From Eledone cirrhosa (Eukaryota): a stretch of DNA of 64,000 bases. Location of the stretch: positions 12,958,001-13,022,000 of the forward strand of contig OZ024746.1 of NCBI GenBank assembly GCA_964016885.1, in the 5' to 3' direction. Shown here piece after piece: positions 12,766 through 25,649 of this stretch; position 1 is the stretch's first letter; the number at the start of each line of letters is the position of its first letter. Under the pieces are notes generated by a model. That model had not been told where the DNA came from and ran no database searches. It saw nothing but the letters and a program-made list of their open reading frames with translations. A program made the position numbers and the translations under genes.

Positions 12766-14117
12766 CACACGCTCTCTTGTGTGCATGTGTAGTTGAGACA
12801 TGCGTCTTTAGTTGAAAATCACTAAATATGTTCCCTTCTTTGTTATTCCAGCCTGTGCAGGCTTATTTAAATTTTCATTCAATCCTAGTGTTCAAACCTT
12901 GTGGTAGTGGCAATAACAGAAGTTAAAACTGGCACGTGTCGGTTGACAATAACTTGTACTGTGATTATAAAGAGACTGGGAATGATGATGGGGAAGGGAA
13001 GCCTGTTCACGCGTCGGTTTTCTTCAGGCTGGCCCCATTTCTAGGGAGTAGTAGTTTTACATATTGACGATTTCAACAAACAAAAACACAAGCCTCAACT
13101 ATGCCTCAGCTTACTGTTAATAAAAAGCAGATAACTTTGGAAATGCGGACATGTCTACTTGTAACTAGCTTGACTTAAGATTTACAAAAATAAATTAGCG
13201 AATTTAGTACTCTAGTTTAGTATTTTTCATCATTGGTGCCTCTGTTCCATGGATGTTATTTTTTTTTTTGTTTTTTTTTCTATCATTTTTTGTTTCTATC
13301 ATTTTTTGTTTATAGAACTTTCCTTAGGTGAAAGAAAGCAATTCTTCATAATCTTTCAGATTTGAATAAGATTAAGTTATAGATTTGTTAAGGATTACCG
13401 TTCAGAAATAGATTATAAATTTCTATTGTCATAGCTTGTTAGGATTACTACAGCTTTTAGCTCAGAAGTAAAGTGCCTTATTCTCTCTCAAGTAATGTTG
13501 AAAACTATCATATTTTTTTCTTAGCGTCAAGTGAAAAAAACTAAAGGTATCCTCACACTTTTAATCCTCATTCGGAAAGTACATTTCCAAAGATTATTTG
13601 CGTTAGTTAACTAAATAGGAATTTCTATAGACGAAGTAGTTGTAGAGAAATATTTTACAAAGAATAAGTTGTACTTGATTCAAGAGACGAGCTATAAAAA
13701 TTCTTGGTTTTGTAGCAACTAAATCTGGTGTCCGTATCGCATTGTTAGGAACTCAAAAATACTAGGATGTATATACACAAGCTACCGTATTTAGTCTTTC
13801 CTCCTAGTTTAATACCTAAAACAATCTGTTGCATTCTAGCTTTGTCGCTAAGAATTGAAAGGGCTCAACTTGCTACATGGGCAATGGTGATGCTCTAGAA
13901 AGGAGCAACTATAGAGGAATATAACTAATGGAGAGAAAGAGTCAAATTAGATGAGATGCAGTTCGGTTTCATGCCTGGGAAAAGTAATACAGATACCTTC
14001 TTTTTAGTGAGGCAACTACAAGAGAATTTCTTAGCCAACAATAAACCACTATACCTAGCTTTTGTTGATCTAGAAAAAGTGTTTTATAGAGTACCTCGAT
14101 CTATTATCTGGTGGTCC

Positions 14118-14317
14118 TTAACCCTTTAGCATTTGCATTACTCTATATTTGCTATTGTATTACCGTGGTAAAAATTTATCTCGCATCATATTGAATCTAT
14201 GAAATTTTGAGAACAATATCGTAACATCAGTATGAGTAGCAACTTATGGCCGGTTTGAAAAGAAAGAGGTGAGAGAATTCTGGTTGGATACAGCCGGTTT
14301 AAATGCTAAAGGGTTAA
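14118..14317. mobile_element. piggyBac-type MITE (family A)
   Basis: TTAA-CCCTTTAGCATTT...AAATGCTAAAGGG-TTAA. Confidence 0.9.
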
Positions 14318-14539
14318 GGAAATTAGGTGTAGAAAAATGGCTGGTAGAGCAATTCAAGCCATGTACAGAGGAGCTGTCAGTAAAGTGAGTTTATTGAGGA
14401 ATTCAAGGTACAAATAGTTTGAGGGTTCTGTTCTTAGCCCACTACTATTCCTTATAGTTCTCCAGGCTTTAACAGGAGATTAAGACCAGCTGCCCATTGG
14501 AACTCTAAGCAGATGATCTGATCCTTGTAACCGAATCCA

Positions 14540-14750
14540 TTAACTCTTTAGCATTTAAACTGGCCATATCTGGCCAGAATTTTCTCACCTTTTTCTGTTC
14601 AAACCAGTTGTAACTGGTTACTCATAACTATGTTAAGGTATTGCTCTCAAAATAAATATCAAAATCTCGTAGATTTGATATTATGTGAAATAATTATGAG
14701 GTAATCTCTTTTCTTTGAAATATAGAGTAATGTAAATGCTAAAGGGTTAA
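14540..14750. mobile_element. piggyBac-type MITE (family A), opposite orientation
   Basis: TTAA-CTCTTTAGCATTTAAAC...AAATGCTAAAGGG-TTAA. Confidence 0.9.
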
Positions 14751-14789
14751 AGAACAAGAAAATAAGTTCTATGGAAACAGTGGAGGAAC

Positions 14790-15015
14790 TCCCTGGATGC
14801 TGGATATACACCTGAAAACTTTCTGTTCCAGTCTGTTGTCCCAGTCTGTTGTCCCAGTTATCAAAAAGGGAAACTAGTACCTTTGCAATGAATTACCTTC
14901 TGATTTCACTCACCTCTCATATCATTAAGTTATTTGAGAGTGGTGAGTTCATGAATAACTCACTTTCTTGTAAGCAACAATCTGCTGAACCCTAACCAAC
15001 ATGGGTTCCGTAATG
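14790..15015 (+). mobile_element. CR1/L2-type LINE RT N-terminal fragment
   Basis: With frameshifts: VVPVIKKGN...ISLTSHIIKLFE...LLNPNQHGFR. Confidence 0.6.
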
Positions 15016-15263
15016 GAGGGGGGGGGGGTGTATACATACATATATATACACACACAAACATATAAAAAGGTAAACCCCCCCTTTTTTTGGGGGGGGGGGT
15101 TACCTTTTTATATATATGTTTGTGTGTGTATATATATGTATATATATATGTATGTATATGTATATATATCCCCCACTCTCAAGCGTGAAACTAATATTAA
15201 CATTTTGTACTGCCTCTTCGCTTCCACATTGTTTTTTTTGTTTTTTTTTTGTTTACTGTCTCA

Positions 15264-15294
<31 letters not shown>

Positions 15295-16983
15295 GGAGGT
15301 GAAGCTGTTATGAATCTTGTTTAGCTCATTCATTGTAATCATCAGTAAGTTCTTAACTGTAAGCTGATATCTGTAACCTGTGGGAATCTCAGACACTGAC
15401 AAGATTTGTGAAAAGTTCTCACGCTAAGCCCCTCCCTTCTTTTCACTGCTGCCTCTTGTAAGCAACCTTCTTAAAAAAATAAAAGAAAAGGTAACTATTT
15501 CACCGTAGAATTTATGGTTGCTAAGCTTTAACTATCTGGCATCTGTTGACTACAATTCACCTAAGATGTAAAACACTAGATGGAAGAAGACTTTTTCTTT
15601 TTTTCCCTTTTAAACCAGCTGCTTGGTATTCCTTTTCAGGTGGAGAGTTGGGTTAGGTTTTAGTAAAACATGACCTATATAATTTTGACATTACAATTAA
15701 GTTAGTTAGAAATAGCACCAACAAATTCAAAAATGTAATTTTTCAGTGGACAATTACAATTATAAATGGAACTTAAATTTAGAAAATATTGAAATCTATC
15801 AACAACTAAAATATTACACAATGTTGATTGCTTTGACAAATTTATATACAAATTTATTGTTAATTCTTGATATAGTTTGCTGGATTTAATCTCCTTCCCT
15901 TAAATGCTTTGAAGGCATAATTCAAATTAGGTTAGGTCTCTCTGACCTTGAAAAAAAACCCAATGAATAGTTTGTTAAATAACTAATTACTGTGTATTTC
16001 ATTTGACTCAAATTGGCTGAGATAAGTTCCAATTAAGAGTTATAGAAGTTACTAAAATACAAGCTGTTACCATTATTTTTCATTTACCCATGTTACAAAA
16101 CAAACAAAAGAATATATATTCACCAAAATTACAAATAAATTTGCATTTTTTGTGTGCCTGGTGATTGATTTTATAACTTGTGCTCAATATGTTATTGTAT
16201 GTAGCATATGAAACAATCTATGAGAATTCAGGAAGTAAATATTTTTCTTAATTGGACCATTTACATTTTGATTTTCTCTAATAGTTAAAAGAAATTTGGA
16301 AATGTTTTGATTCTATATACCTAGGGGGTTTCATGATGAATAAGATATAAATGGTTTATTGTATGTTGGTGTAATTATCTTATTGTCACTAGTATATCTG
16401 GTTTTGTACACAGAAAAGGCAAAGAAGATGGATGTAGTTCATTTGAGTTGCATATAATAAAATATATTTCTTGTTCAAGGAATAAGTAATATATTTATAA
16501 TTGTAGTTATGTACAGTTATCTCAGTTATCTGAACACCAATTATCTGAATTTAAAATAATTAAAAAGAATTACTGGCATATTGAAGTATTTATAAGTATG
16601 GCAAAGTTAGTAGTGTCTTCACCATTTAGTTGAGTATTTTTTTTTATTGAAACAGTTTGATACTGTTAAATATGAAGAGAAACTAACCCCATTGTCAATC
16701 GAACAGATGAGATTGTACAGCACCTCGATTGTAGAGAGAGGTTATCAATGATATGGAAAACATGGAAAAACTATAAAAAACTATTTTTTTAAACATAGCT
16801 GTATTCAATAAAGCTTCCTTTGTTTATGATCAGTTATCTGAATGAAGTCACACAAGTTCTAATCAGGTCTAACAGTCAATTATTGTATTTAAATAATAGA
16901 AAATATAACTAAAACATTATTTATCTCTACCAGGCTCTAAGTTCACTCTTGCTAAAATTTGGGCTGTGTTTATATAGTACAAG

Positions 16984-17141
16984 CAGTGCCAGATTTACCA
17001 TTGTGCTTAGGTACCCTTTTGGTTTACATCTTCCTGCCAAAAAATTTTTTTTTGCAATCAATTTTTCATTATTCAGGACCCAAATAAGGGGCCTCATAAC
17101 TTAACTAGCACAGGGCCTCATTTGTCCTAAATCCAGCACTG
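16984..17141. mobile_element. hAT-type MITE
   Basis: TIRs CAGTGCCAGATTTA / TAAATCCAGCACTG (12 of 14 match); 8-bp flanks AGTACAAG / AGTATGAG. Confidence 0.65.
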
Positions 17142-17375
17142 AGTATGAGGACAATAATTCCCCAACTAACATTGGAGACACTACCCTACCACCTTTGAAT
17201 CATTCTAGGAAAAAAATTAAACAAGAATAAAACTCACTCACATAATGAGTCAAGTTGTTTGGATATTAATGCAGATGACTAAGTCTACCACCTCAAAACA
17301 GGAATAATCTAACAGGCTTCTGTACAGTTATCATCTACCTAAGTTCACCCACAAGGCTTTCATTGGCTGGAGTGT

Positions 17376-19859
17376 ATGGTAGAAGACACTCAAGGCTTCC
17401 ATCAGCCAGAGTCTATGGTAGTAGACACTCAAGGCTTCCATCAGCCAAGAGTCTATGGTAGAAGACACTCAAGGTTTTCATCAGCCAAGAGTCTATGGTA
17501 GTAGACACTCAAGGCTTCCATCAGCCAAGAGTCTATGGTAGTAGACACTCAAGGCTTCCATCAGCCAAGAGTCTATGGTAGTAGACACTCAAGGCTTCCA
17601 TCAGCCAAGAGTCTATGGTAGTAGACACTCAAGGCTTCCATCAGCCAAGAGTCTATGGTAGTAGACACTCAAGGCTTCCATCAGCCAAGAGTCTATGGTA
17701 GTAGACACTCAAGGCTTCCATCAGCCAAGAGTCTATGGTAGTAGACACTCAAGGCTTCCATCAGCCAAGAGTCTATGGTAGTAGACACTCAAGGCTTCCA
17801 TCAGCCAAGAGTCTATGGTAGTAGACACTCAAGGCTTCCATCAGCCAAGAGTCTATGGTAGTAGACACTCAAGGCTTCCATCAGCCAAGAGTCTATGGTA
17901 GTAGACACTCAAGGTTTTCACTAGCCAGAGTCTATGGTAGTAGACACTCAAGGTTTTCGTCAGCCAGAGTCTATGGTAGTAGACACTCAAGGTTTTCGCC
18001 AGCCAGAGTCTATGGTAGTAGACACTCAAGGTTTTCACCAGCCAGAGTCTATGGTAGTAGACACTCAAGGTTTTCACCAGCCAGAGTCTATGGTAGTAGA
18101 CACTCAAGGTTTTCACCAGCCAGAGTCTATGGTAGTAGACACTCAAGGTTTTCACCAGCCAGAGTCTATGGTAGTAGACACTCAAGGTTTTCACCAGCCA
18201 GAGTCTATGGTAGTAGACACTCAAGGTTTTCACCAGCCAGAGTCTATGGTAGTAGACACTCAAGGTTTTCACCGGCCAGAGTCTATGGTAGTAGACACTC
18301 AAGGTTTTCACCGGCCAGAGTCTATGGTAGTAGACACTCAAGGTTTTCACCGGCCAGAGTCTATGGTAGTAGACACTCAAGGTTTTCACCGGCCAGAGTC
18401 TATGGTAGTAGACACTCAAGGTTTTCACCGGCCAGAGTCTATGGTAGTAGACACTCAAGGTTTTCACCGGCCAGAGTCTATGGTAGTAGACACTCAAGGT
18501 TTTCACCGGCCAGAGTCTATGGTAGTAGACACTCAAGGTTTTCACCGGCCAGAGTCTATGGTAGTAGACACTCAAGGTTTTCACCGGCCAGAGTCTATGG
18601 TAGTAGACACTCAAGGTTTTCACCGGCCAGAGTCTATGGTAGTAGACACTCAAGGTTTTCACCGGCCAGAGTCTATGGTAGAAGACACTCAAGGTTTTCA
18701 CCGGCCAGAGTCTATGGTAGTAGACACTCAAGGTTTTCACCGGCCAGAGTCTATGGTAGTAGACACTCAAGGTTTTCACCGGCCAGAGTCTATGGTAGTA
18801 GACACTCAAGGTTTTCACCGGCCAGAGTCTATGGTAGTAGACACTCAAGGTTTTCACCGGCCAGAGTCTATGGTAGTAGACACTCAAGGTTTTCACCGGC
18901 CAGAGTCTATGGTAGAAGACACTCAAGGTTTTCACCGGCCAGAGTCTATGGTAGTAGACACTCAAGGTTTTCACCGGCCAGAGTCTATGGTAGTAGACAC
19001 TCAAGGTTTTCACCGGCCAGAGTCTATGGTAGTAGACACTCAAGGTTTTCACCGGCCAGAGTCTATGGTAGTAGACACTCAAGGTTTTCACCGGCCAGAG
19101 TCTATGGTAGAAGACACTCAAGGTTTTCACCGGCCAGAGTCTATGGTAGAAGACACTCAAGGTTTTCACCGGCCAGAGTCTATGGTAGAAGACACTCAAG
19201 GTTTTCACCGGCCAGAGTCTATGGTAGAAGACACTCAAGGTTTTCACCGGCCAGAGTCTATGGTAGAAGACACTCAAGGTTTTCACCGGCCAGAGTCTAT
19301 GGTAGAAGACACTCAAGGTTTTCACCGGCCAGAGTCTATGGTAGAAGACACTCAAGGTTTTCACCGGCCAGAGTCTATGGTAGAAGACACTCAAGGTTTT
19401 CACCGGCCAGAGTCTATGGTAGAAGACACTCAAGGTTTTCACCGGCCAGAGTCTATGGTAGAAGACACTCAAGGTTTTCACCGGCCAGAGTCTATGGTAG
19501 AAGACACTCAAGGTTTTCATCGGCCAGAGTCTATGGTAGAAGACACTCAAGGTTTTCATCGGCCAGAGTCTATGGTAGTAGACACTCAAGGTTTTCATCG
19601 GCCAGAGTCTATGGTAGTAGACACTCAAGGTTTTCATCGGCCAGAGTCTATGGTAGTAGACACTCAAGGTTTTCATCGGCCAGAGTCTATGGTAGTAGAC
19701 ACTCAAGGTTTTCATCGGCCAGAGTCTATGGTAGTAGACACTCAAGGTTTTCATCGGCCAGAGTCTATGGTAGTAGACACTCAAGGTTTTCATTGGCCAG
19801 AGTCTATGGTACAAGACACTCAAGGTTTTCATTGGCCAGAGTCTATGGTAAAAGACACT
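17376..19859. repeat. 39/40-bp minisatellite, ~63 copies
   Basis: Unit GAGTCTATGGTAGTAGACACTCAAGGTTTTCACCGGCCA; accounts for ORFs 17853-19940. Confidence 0.97.
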
Positions 19860-21039
19860 TATTTAAAATACTGCACAATGAGATTGAACCTGAAAATCTG
19901 TAGATGTAAAATATTGTTATATTTACAGAACATGATATAATTAATATGTGGTTTGTTACTATTGCTTTGATTTTATTACCGAAGAATGTCCTAGAATGTT
20001 TGAATTGAAACTTGTCAGACCTTGTCGACAAGAACATTTATTTATATGGATGTGTAAAGTTAGGTTAGCAAGGTTACAAAAATATAACTAGTGTGAACAG
20101 ATCAAAAACAATGAAAGAAATGATATGAATATTTTGAATATTTCTATTGACAAGTGATTATTTGTCCTTTTGATCAGTACTAAATGCCTTTTCTGTTCAA
20201 CTGAAATTGTGTGCCTTAATTGTCAAAAGAGGGGTCATTTTGTTGAAGTCTGTTGTACTGCCTCTTCATCTGTTGTCACCACTATCACTACTGGGTTAAT
20301 CATCGTTCGCAACATTACATAAAAGACCTACCTAGGAAGTTTTTGCATTCTGCTGCCTTGCAGCATTATGTCGGAGAGTCTTAAAAAAGGTATCTGCAAT
20401 CCCTGCAGTTTAACATTGTGGAGAATCAGTTTGAGTTGCTTTTGTCTTGGAGTTGTTAAATCTAACAGCATTTCCTGGAAATCAAAACTTGAGATTTGTC
20501 AACCATGTTTGAAGAATTAGGATTCAGCTCTAAGAAATTCAGAATTACAACATTAGATGCATTTGTCTCAACTTCCAATTGTATAGAACTCAATAGCCTT
20601 TACTATTAATTTTTCAATCTATTACTTAGAAGTGGTTTTTCTCTTTTTCTTAGCAGGAAATTTTGTGACAATCTGGCTATGATCCTTGTTCAAATTATCA
20701 TATAACCACTGAGAATAATTAGGGAAAGGACAATGAATTCTGTGAAGTTATATAATATTTCATGGAACAGGTAGAAATGGTTAAAGTTGTTTAGGATCTG
20801 AACACAGTTCCCTGTTTTCAACAACATAACAAGATATGTTCAGTCTTTTAGTTGAAAACTTACATTTAACCTTATATTTATTCTTTTAGTAGCCATAAGG
20901 CACTTTTAGACCGTCTAAAGATAGGCATCATCTTTCTGTACCATACCACAGTAACATTTTCCAAGTATGCAAAAGTGCTTACTTCCTTGATATTTGAATC
21001 CATGGTGAACTAGAAAGATACCACTACTAATGGCTTTTT

Positions 21040-21310
21040 CAGTGAATTGTTAGAACATAGAATGCTTTGTGCTATTTGTTCCAGCTCTCTGTGCGCTGGG
21101 TTCAGATCCTGCCATCATTTCAAGGTTGATAAAGTACCTGTCCAGTATTGGGAAATATTCTTCCTCTATATCACTTTCTCACTTCTCCCCCCACCTCCTC
21201 TTCTATGGAAGTGGCTATGTTCAGACCTGAAGAGGGCTGGGCTCCACCATGTTTAAAGGACCAATCACTGGCACCTCTATGACTCCATCAGAAGTTAAGG
21301 GTCTGTGTCA
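21040..21310 (+). mobile_element. Older tRNA-derived SINE with TGTTCAGACCTGAAGAGGG tail
   Basis: Related copies at 21660-21890 (-), 28030-28260 (-), 30510-30615, 54865-55190 and 57810-58075. Confidence 0.6.
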
Positions 21311-21929
21311 TATTGTTCATAATCTCTAATTGGCTCTTGGTGGGCACTGTGGAGGTCAATGGTTCTAAATAGTTGATACTGATCAATCTTATTCACCATG
21401 TCCTCAATACAAAATAAAAGATACCCATCAAGAAGTGTGGACCTGTTTAACACAGAAATCAATAACTAGATGCCTTTTGTGCATTTCATCTCTCACAAAA
21501 CAACCTGCATACACCATGAACAAGTTACAGGGCTAAATTATACCTTCTCTTAACGACCACCTTTTTCTATAAATCTGTGATCTTCAGGGGAGTATATATG
21601 AATCTGTATCCTCTGGTGAAGTAGAAGGGATGTTGTAGTGTATACAGCATTCTGTAAACATTTTAAGCCTGGTGGAGCTCATCCCTCTTCAGGTTTGAGA
21701 ATAGCAACTTTCATTCAGAAAAGAGATAGAGAGGAAGAATTGACCTCGTATACTGAACTGGTACTTTATTTATCGAAGTTGAAAGGATGAAAAGCAAAGT
21801 TGACCTTGTTGATATTTGAACTCTGAGAACAGAGCTAGAATTTATATTACAAAACATTCTATCCAATGTTCTAATGACTGCCAAATTGCTGCCTCTTCAG
21901 GAGAGTAAATGTGTGATTTAGCCATAATC

Positions 21930-22590
21930 ATCAACGCTTGCACGGGTTGGATGGGTTCTTAGCACGGCATCTCTCCACTTGTTGCATTCCTTCATCAACT
22001 CCTCAGTGATTTGAAGTCAGCTCTAACCTCTGCCCAGATCTTTCTTGTTCTACCTCTACTACAACTTGCTTCCACTGGGATTTCCTGGCACATCACCCAG
22101 CAATCATCATCTATGCACGTCACATGTCCATACCAACACAGTCTTGTCATGCACATCACATGTCCGCACCACCTCAGATTCCTCATAAACCCAGCTTCTT
22201 CCTCAACTCATCCAACAAAGAATGGTTGCTTCATTTCTCTCTAGTCCATACATGTCTGCAGTTACAGACCATGTTTTACTACCATGCAGGATCACACTTT
22301 GTGCACAGGCATCATACCGACGTCCTTTTGTACGAAGGGTGAAACCTTTTGTGGTCAACAGTGGGAGTAATTCCCTAAACTTCTTCCATCCTGTCCTTCA
22401 CCTGCTGCTGCTGCTAATTAGATCACATAGAAAGCAGAAGCTATCAACCACTCCTATGGGTCCTTCCTGTGACTGGAAAATGTTTATATCACTGGTACTC
22501 TTCCTCTTGGTTATCCCTGTACATCTACATATTGAGCAGAGTCACTTCCCTCAAGGAATCGGGGTCCTATCTTCTTTCTTAGCACATTAG
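21930..22590 (-). mobile_element. RTE LINE 3' fragment
   Basis: KFRELLPLLTTKGFTLRTKGRRYDACAQSVILHGSKTW...LRWCGHVMCM...SRGRTRKIWAEVRADFK, followed by the CCCGTGCAAGCG tail. Confidence 0.88.
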
Positions 22591-23679
22591 TTGGGATCAA
22601 CAAACTACTGGAGCCTAAAACAGTTGGGATCAACAAACTACTGGAGTTGAAATAATCCATTTTGAATTGATTACTCAGTTTTTGATTACAATAAGTCCCT
22701 GCTAAATGATATCTCTCTTGAATAAATTGTGCAGTTGAAAGATACTTTGTTCATCAAAAAACTAATAATTGTTTCTACTTTTGGCACAAGGCCAGCAATT
22801 ATCTCAGTGCATTACTGGTACTTTATTGCACTGTAAAATTACACTGTAAAAATATAACATAAAACAAAACTTAAAGCTTGTTAATCCTCATAATTGTGTC
22901 TATTATTAGGACAGAAAGTGCTAAAGGCGATTCTGGTCATCTTTCTATAAGATGAATAATTTAATATATATTAAATCTGTTTCTAGAATAATGATGAATT
23001 TGTATGCATTAGTAGCAAGGAATTCCCTAGTCTGATATACATAGCTTGTAGTAAGATTTTCACAACACTGTTAATAAAAAAAAAAATAAAAAAAAAAAAC
23101 TTTTCCAGAACTGTCAAGAGCTTGTAGTTTTGTTGAATTCAGTAATATGCGCTCACTAAATGACTGACTGTTAGAATATTTCAGTGTTTACTTTTTTTTA
23201 CAGTTTAATTTTATTATTTTATATTACATTGCTTTCATAACTCAAAATTGACATAACACCTCTCTATCTTGTCTGATATGAAGTATATTTTGCTTTTCAT
23301 TTGACAATGAAGGCAGTTGTATAAAAAATATAAGCTTAAACTAAAATTAAACATTTCAATAACAGCAACAAATTATGCTGAGATTGTGGTTGGTCATTGC
23401 AGAAACATTTATTTTAGTATTAAAATGTCTATGTATAACAGAGCTAGCAGCTATTTTGTATGTGTCCAAGAACTTTCTTACAGAACAACAAAGTATGTTT
23501 ACATTATTGTAAAGTAAATTCTGCTATCTAGCAGTATGACTCAATTCAGTTGAACTTATAAAACTAACCAAACTAACCAAAATATATATATATATATATA
23601 TTGGTGTGCACTTTTTCTTTGGTATTATATTAATTCAGTTTAGTTGAACTAATGATATACTCTTCTCTCTTTTTTTTAG

Positions 23680-23734
23680 ATACTATGATCAACTTGTTGC
23701 TATTGAAAACAAACTACCCATTTCAGAAAACCAG
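23680..23734 (+). CDS. PDCD6IP: ALIX exon 2
   Basis: TTTTTAG|A TAC TAT GAT: RYYDQLVAIENKLPISENQ; donor CAG|GTATGG; 55 nt. Confidence 0.95.
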
Positions 23735-24179
23735 GTATGGTACCCTGTTTCTATTCCTGTGTGATATTAGGAATTATAATATTGACTGTTGTATATATGC
23801 CAATTCAGTATTTAAATAATTCACTTCATATTACAATATGTTTAAGATTGTATGTATAACTGGTTTTTCATTATAGACCTCATCATCACCTAGCCTTATT
23901 AATTAAATATTAAATCTGTTATCTAATGAGTGACCACCAAACTTATAGCCTGCATATGATTATAATACTCAAAATACAAAATATACATGATAGTTTTAGT
24001 GAACAAAGCTGTCTGTTTGCAAATGTTTCAAAATTAATGATTTTGTATAATTTTATTTACTGATCTTATTTTTTTTTGTGATAAAAATTGAAAATCATTT
24101 TCTTCATTTAGATATTAAATCTGCTTGTAATTTAATTTAAAAAAAAATCTTTCAAAATAAATTTTACAGTAAATGGTTT

Positions 24180-24515
24180 CTTTTTCATTACTGGTTTCAG
24201 TCATTAGACTGCGACCATGCTGGAGTTTTGCATTGAAGGAGTTTAGTTAATCATATCGACCTCTGTACTTAGCATTTATCAAATTTGGTATTTATTTTAT
24301 GGATCTTTTTGTTGAATTCCTAAGTTATAGGACATTATAAAAAAAAAACGTAAATGTAAACACACATACATGGATCTACAACGGGCTTCTGTATAGTCTC
24401 CATCTATCAAGGTCAAACTGTGGCTGTAGTAGAAGACACTTGCTGAATGTTCATTGAAGTGGAGCTGAACCCAACACTGTGGTTACAAAGTGAATTCCTT
24501 AATCATAAAGTCATG
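24180..24515 (-). mobile_element. tRNA-derived SINE, same family that hosts the 39-bp array
   Basis: ACGGGCTTCTGTATAGTCTCCATCTA...GTAGTAGAAGACACTTGC...GAGCTGAACCC (reverse B-box). Confidence 0.6.
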
Positions 24516-25117
24516 TTGTTAATTTTGAAGTTTTAACATTGTCATTGACAGATGGCTAAGCTTTGAGATGGGTTCTCAGCTGTTTGTTGAATCAACACAG
24601 TAACACAAGACCTTAGTTCTTGCCACTACCAACTTTCACCACTGACTTGTAGCAAATTTTCTCACGAATACAACTTCACATTTTATACACTTCTATAAGA
24701 CATGCATTTTATCTTCAGATTTTTATGTTAGTGAGATTGTTATTTTTAACTGTGTTTGAAATGACATCTAATTCTAGCTGTGCTGTTTATACTAATCAGT
24801 TTCTGATATGAGTTGTATAATATTTTCATTTCAAGCATTTGATTAGTTTAATTTTCATTGAATTAATTTATAATCCCTTCTAGTTTTCTGAATATAGTGT
24901 TGCTAATGTGTTTTTGTTTTCCTATTAAACAAGTCATTACATAAGACACAACTGAATTTTTTTTCCTCCTCATCTTCTTCTTCACAACCATTCAACTGAA
25001 ATGGTGTTTCGAGCTTTACATCCAATATTTCAATCATGCTGTAATTATTATAAATTATACGAAATCAATTCAGTTTATTAAAAATATTTAAAGTATATAC
25101 TCTGGTATGAGTAGTCA

Positions 25118-25305
25118 AATAATTGTTTCTACTTTAGGCACAAGGCCAGCAATTACCCAGTTCATTACTGGTACTTTATTTTATCGACCCCGTAAGGATG
25201 AAAGGCAAAGTCAACCTCGGCGGGATTTGAACTCAGATCATAAAGGAACGTAACTATGCTGGAAAGCATGTGTCCGACCCTCTACCGATACTGCCAATCC
25301 ACCAT
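25118..25305 (-). mobile_element. Full-length tRNA-derived SINE
   Basis: Reverse complement of the 12096 family; A-box TGGCAGTATCGG, B-box GAGTTCAAATCC. Confidence 0.85.
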
Positions 25306-25649
25306 CAAACAATGCTTAATACCATCACAAATGTAATGGAAGTAGGCCTCTCTGAGTCAGCTGGAAATGTTGAAGTTTTGTTTATAACAATTTGTAGTTA
25401 AATTGTCAAATAATGGTTGGTTTTAAACTTAGCTGACATCTAGTGATCTAAACTGTTATACCCCCCTCCTCTTCCTGATATGTGATGGTTGGCTGTGTTA
25501 ATGGAAGTTCAACAGTAAAAAAAAAAAAAAAAAAAAAAGGAAAAAATGATGTCAGCATTCTTTAGTTCAATATTCTGAAATTTTATTGAATACTTTTATC
25601 TAAAAAATAAAAGGCTTTTCTTTCATGCATCATTTTAGACTTTGGACAT

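Larger units (their letters stand above)
13870..14780 (+). mobile_element. RTE LINE reverse-transcriptase fragment interrupted by two MITEs
   Basis: DALERSNYRGI*L...DEMQFGFMPGKSNTDTFFLVRQLQENFL...YLAFVDLEKVFYRVPR...WWSLRKLGV...L*ADDLILV (degenerate YADD). Confidence 0.9.

Noticed and set aside
16512-16888. Tigger/pogo-like MITE (TACAG...TTGTA)
   Set aside because: TIRs are too degenerate to support from sequence alone.
17376-19859. CRISPR-like array (also considered for 31977-34432 and 36677-37660)
   Set aside because: No unique spacers, no cas genes, and the context is a eukaryotic intron.
17853-19940. Three 659-682 aa ORFs
   Set aside because: A 39-bp unit (multiple of 3) leaves several frames open on both strands. 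It is an intronic, SINE-derived minisatellite.
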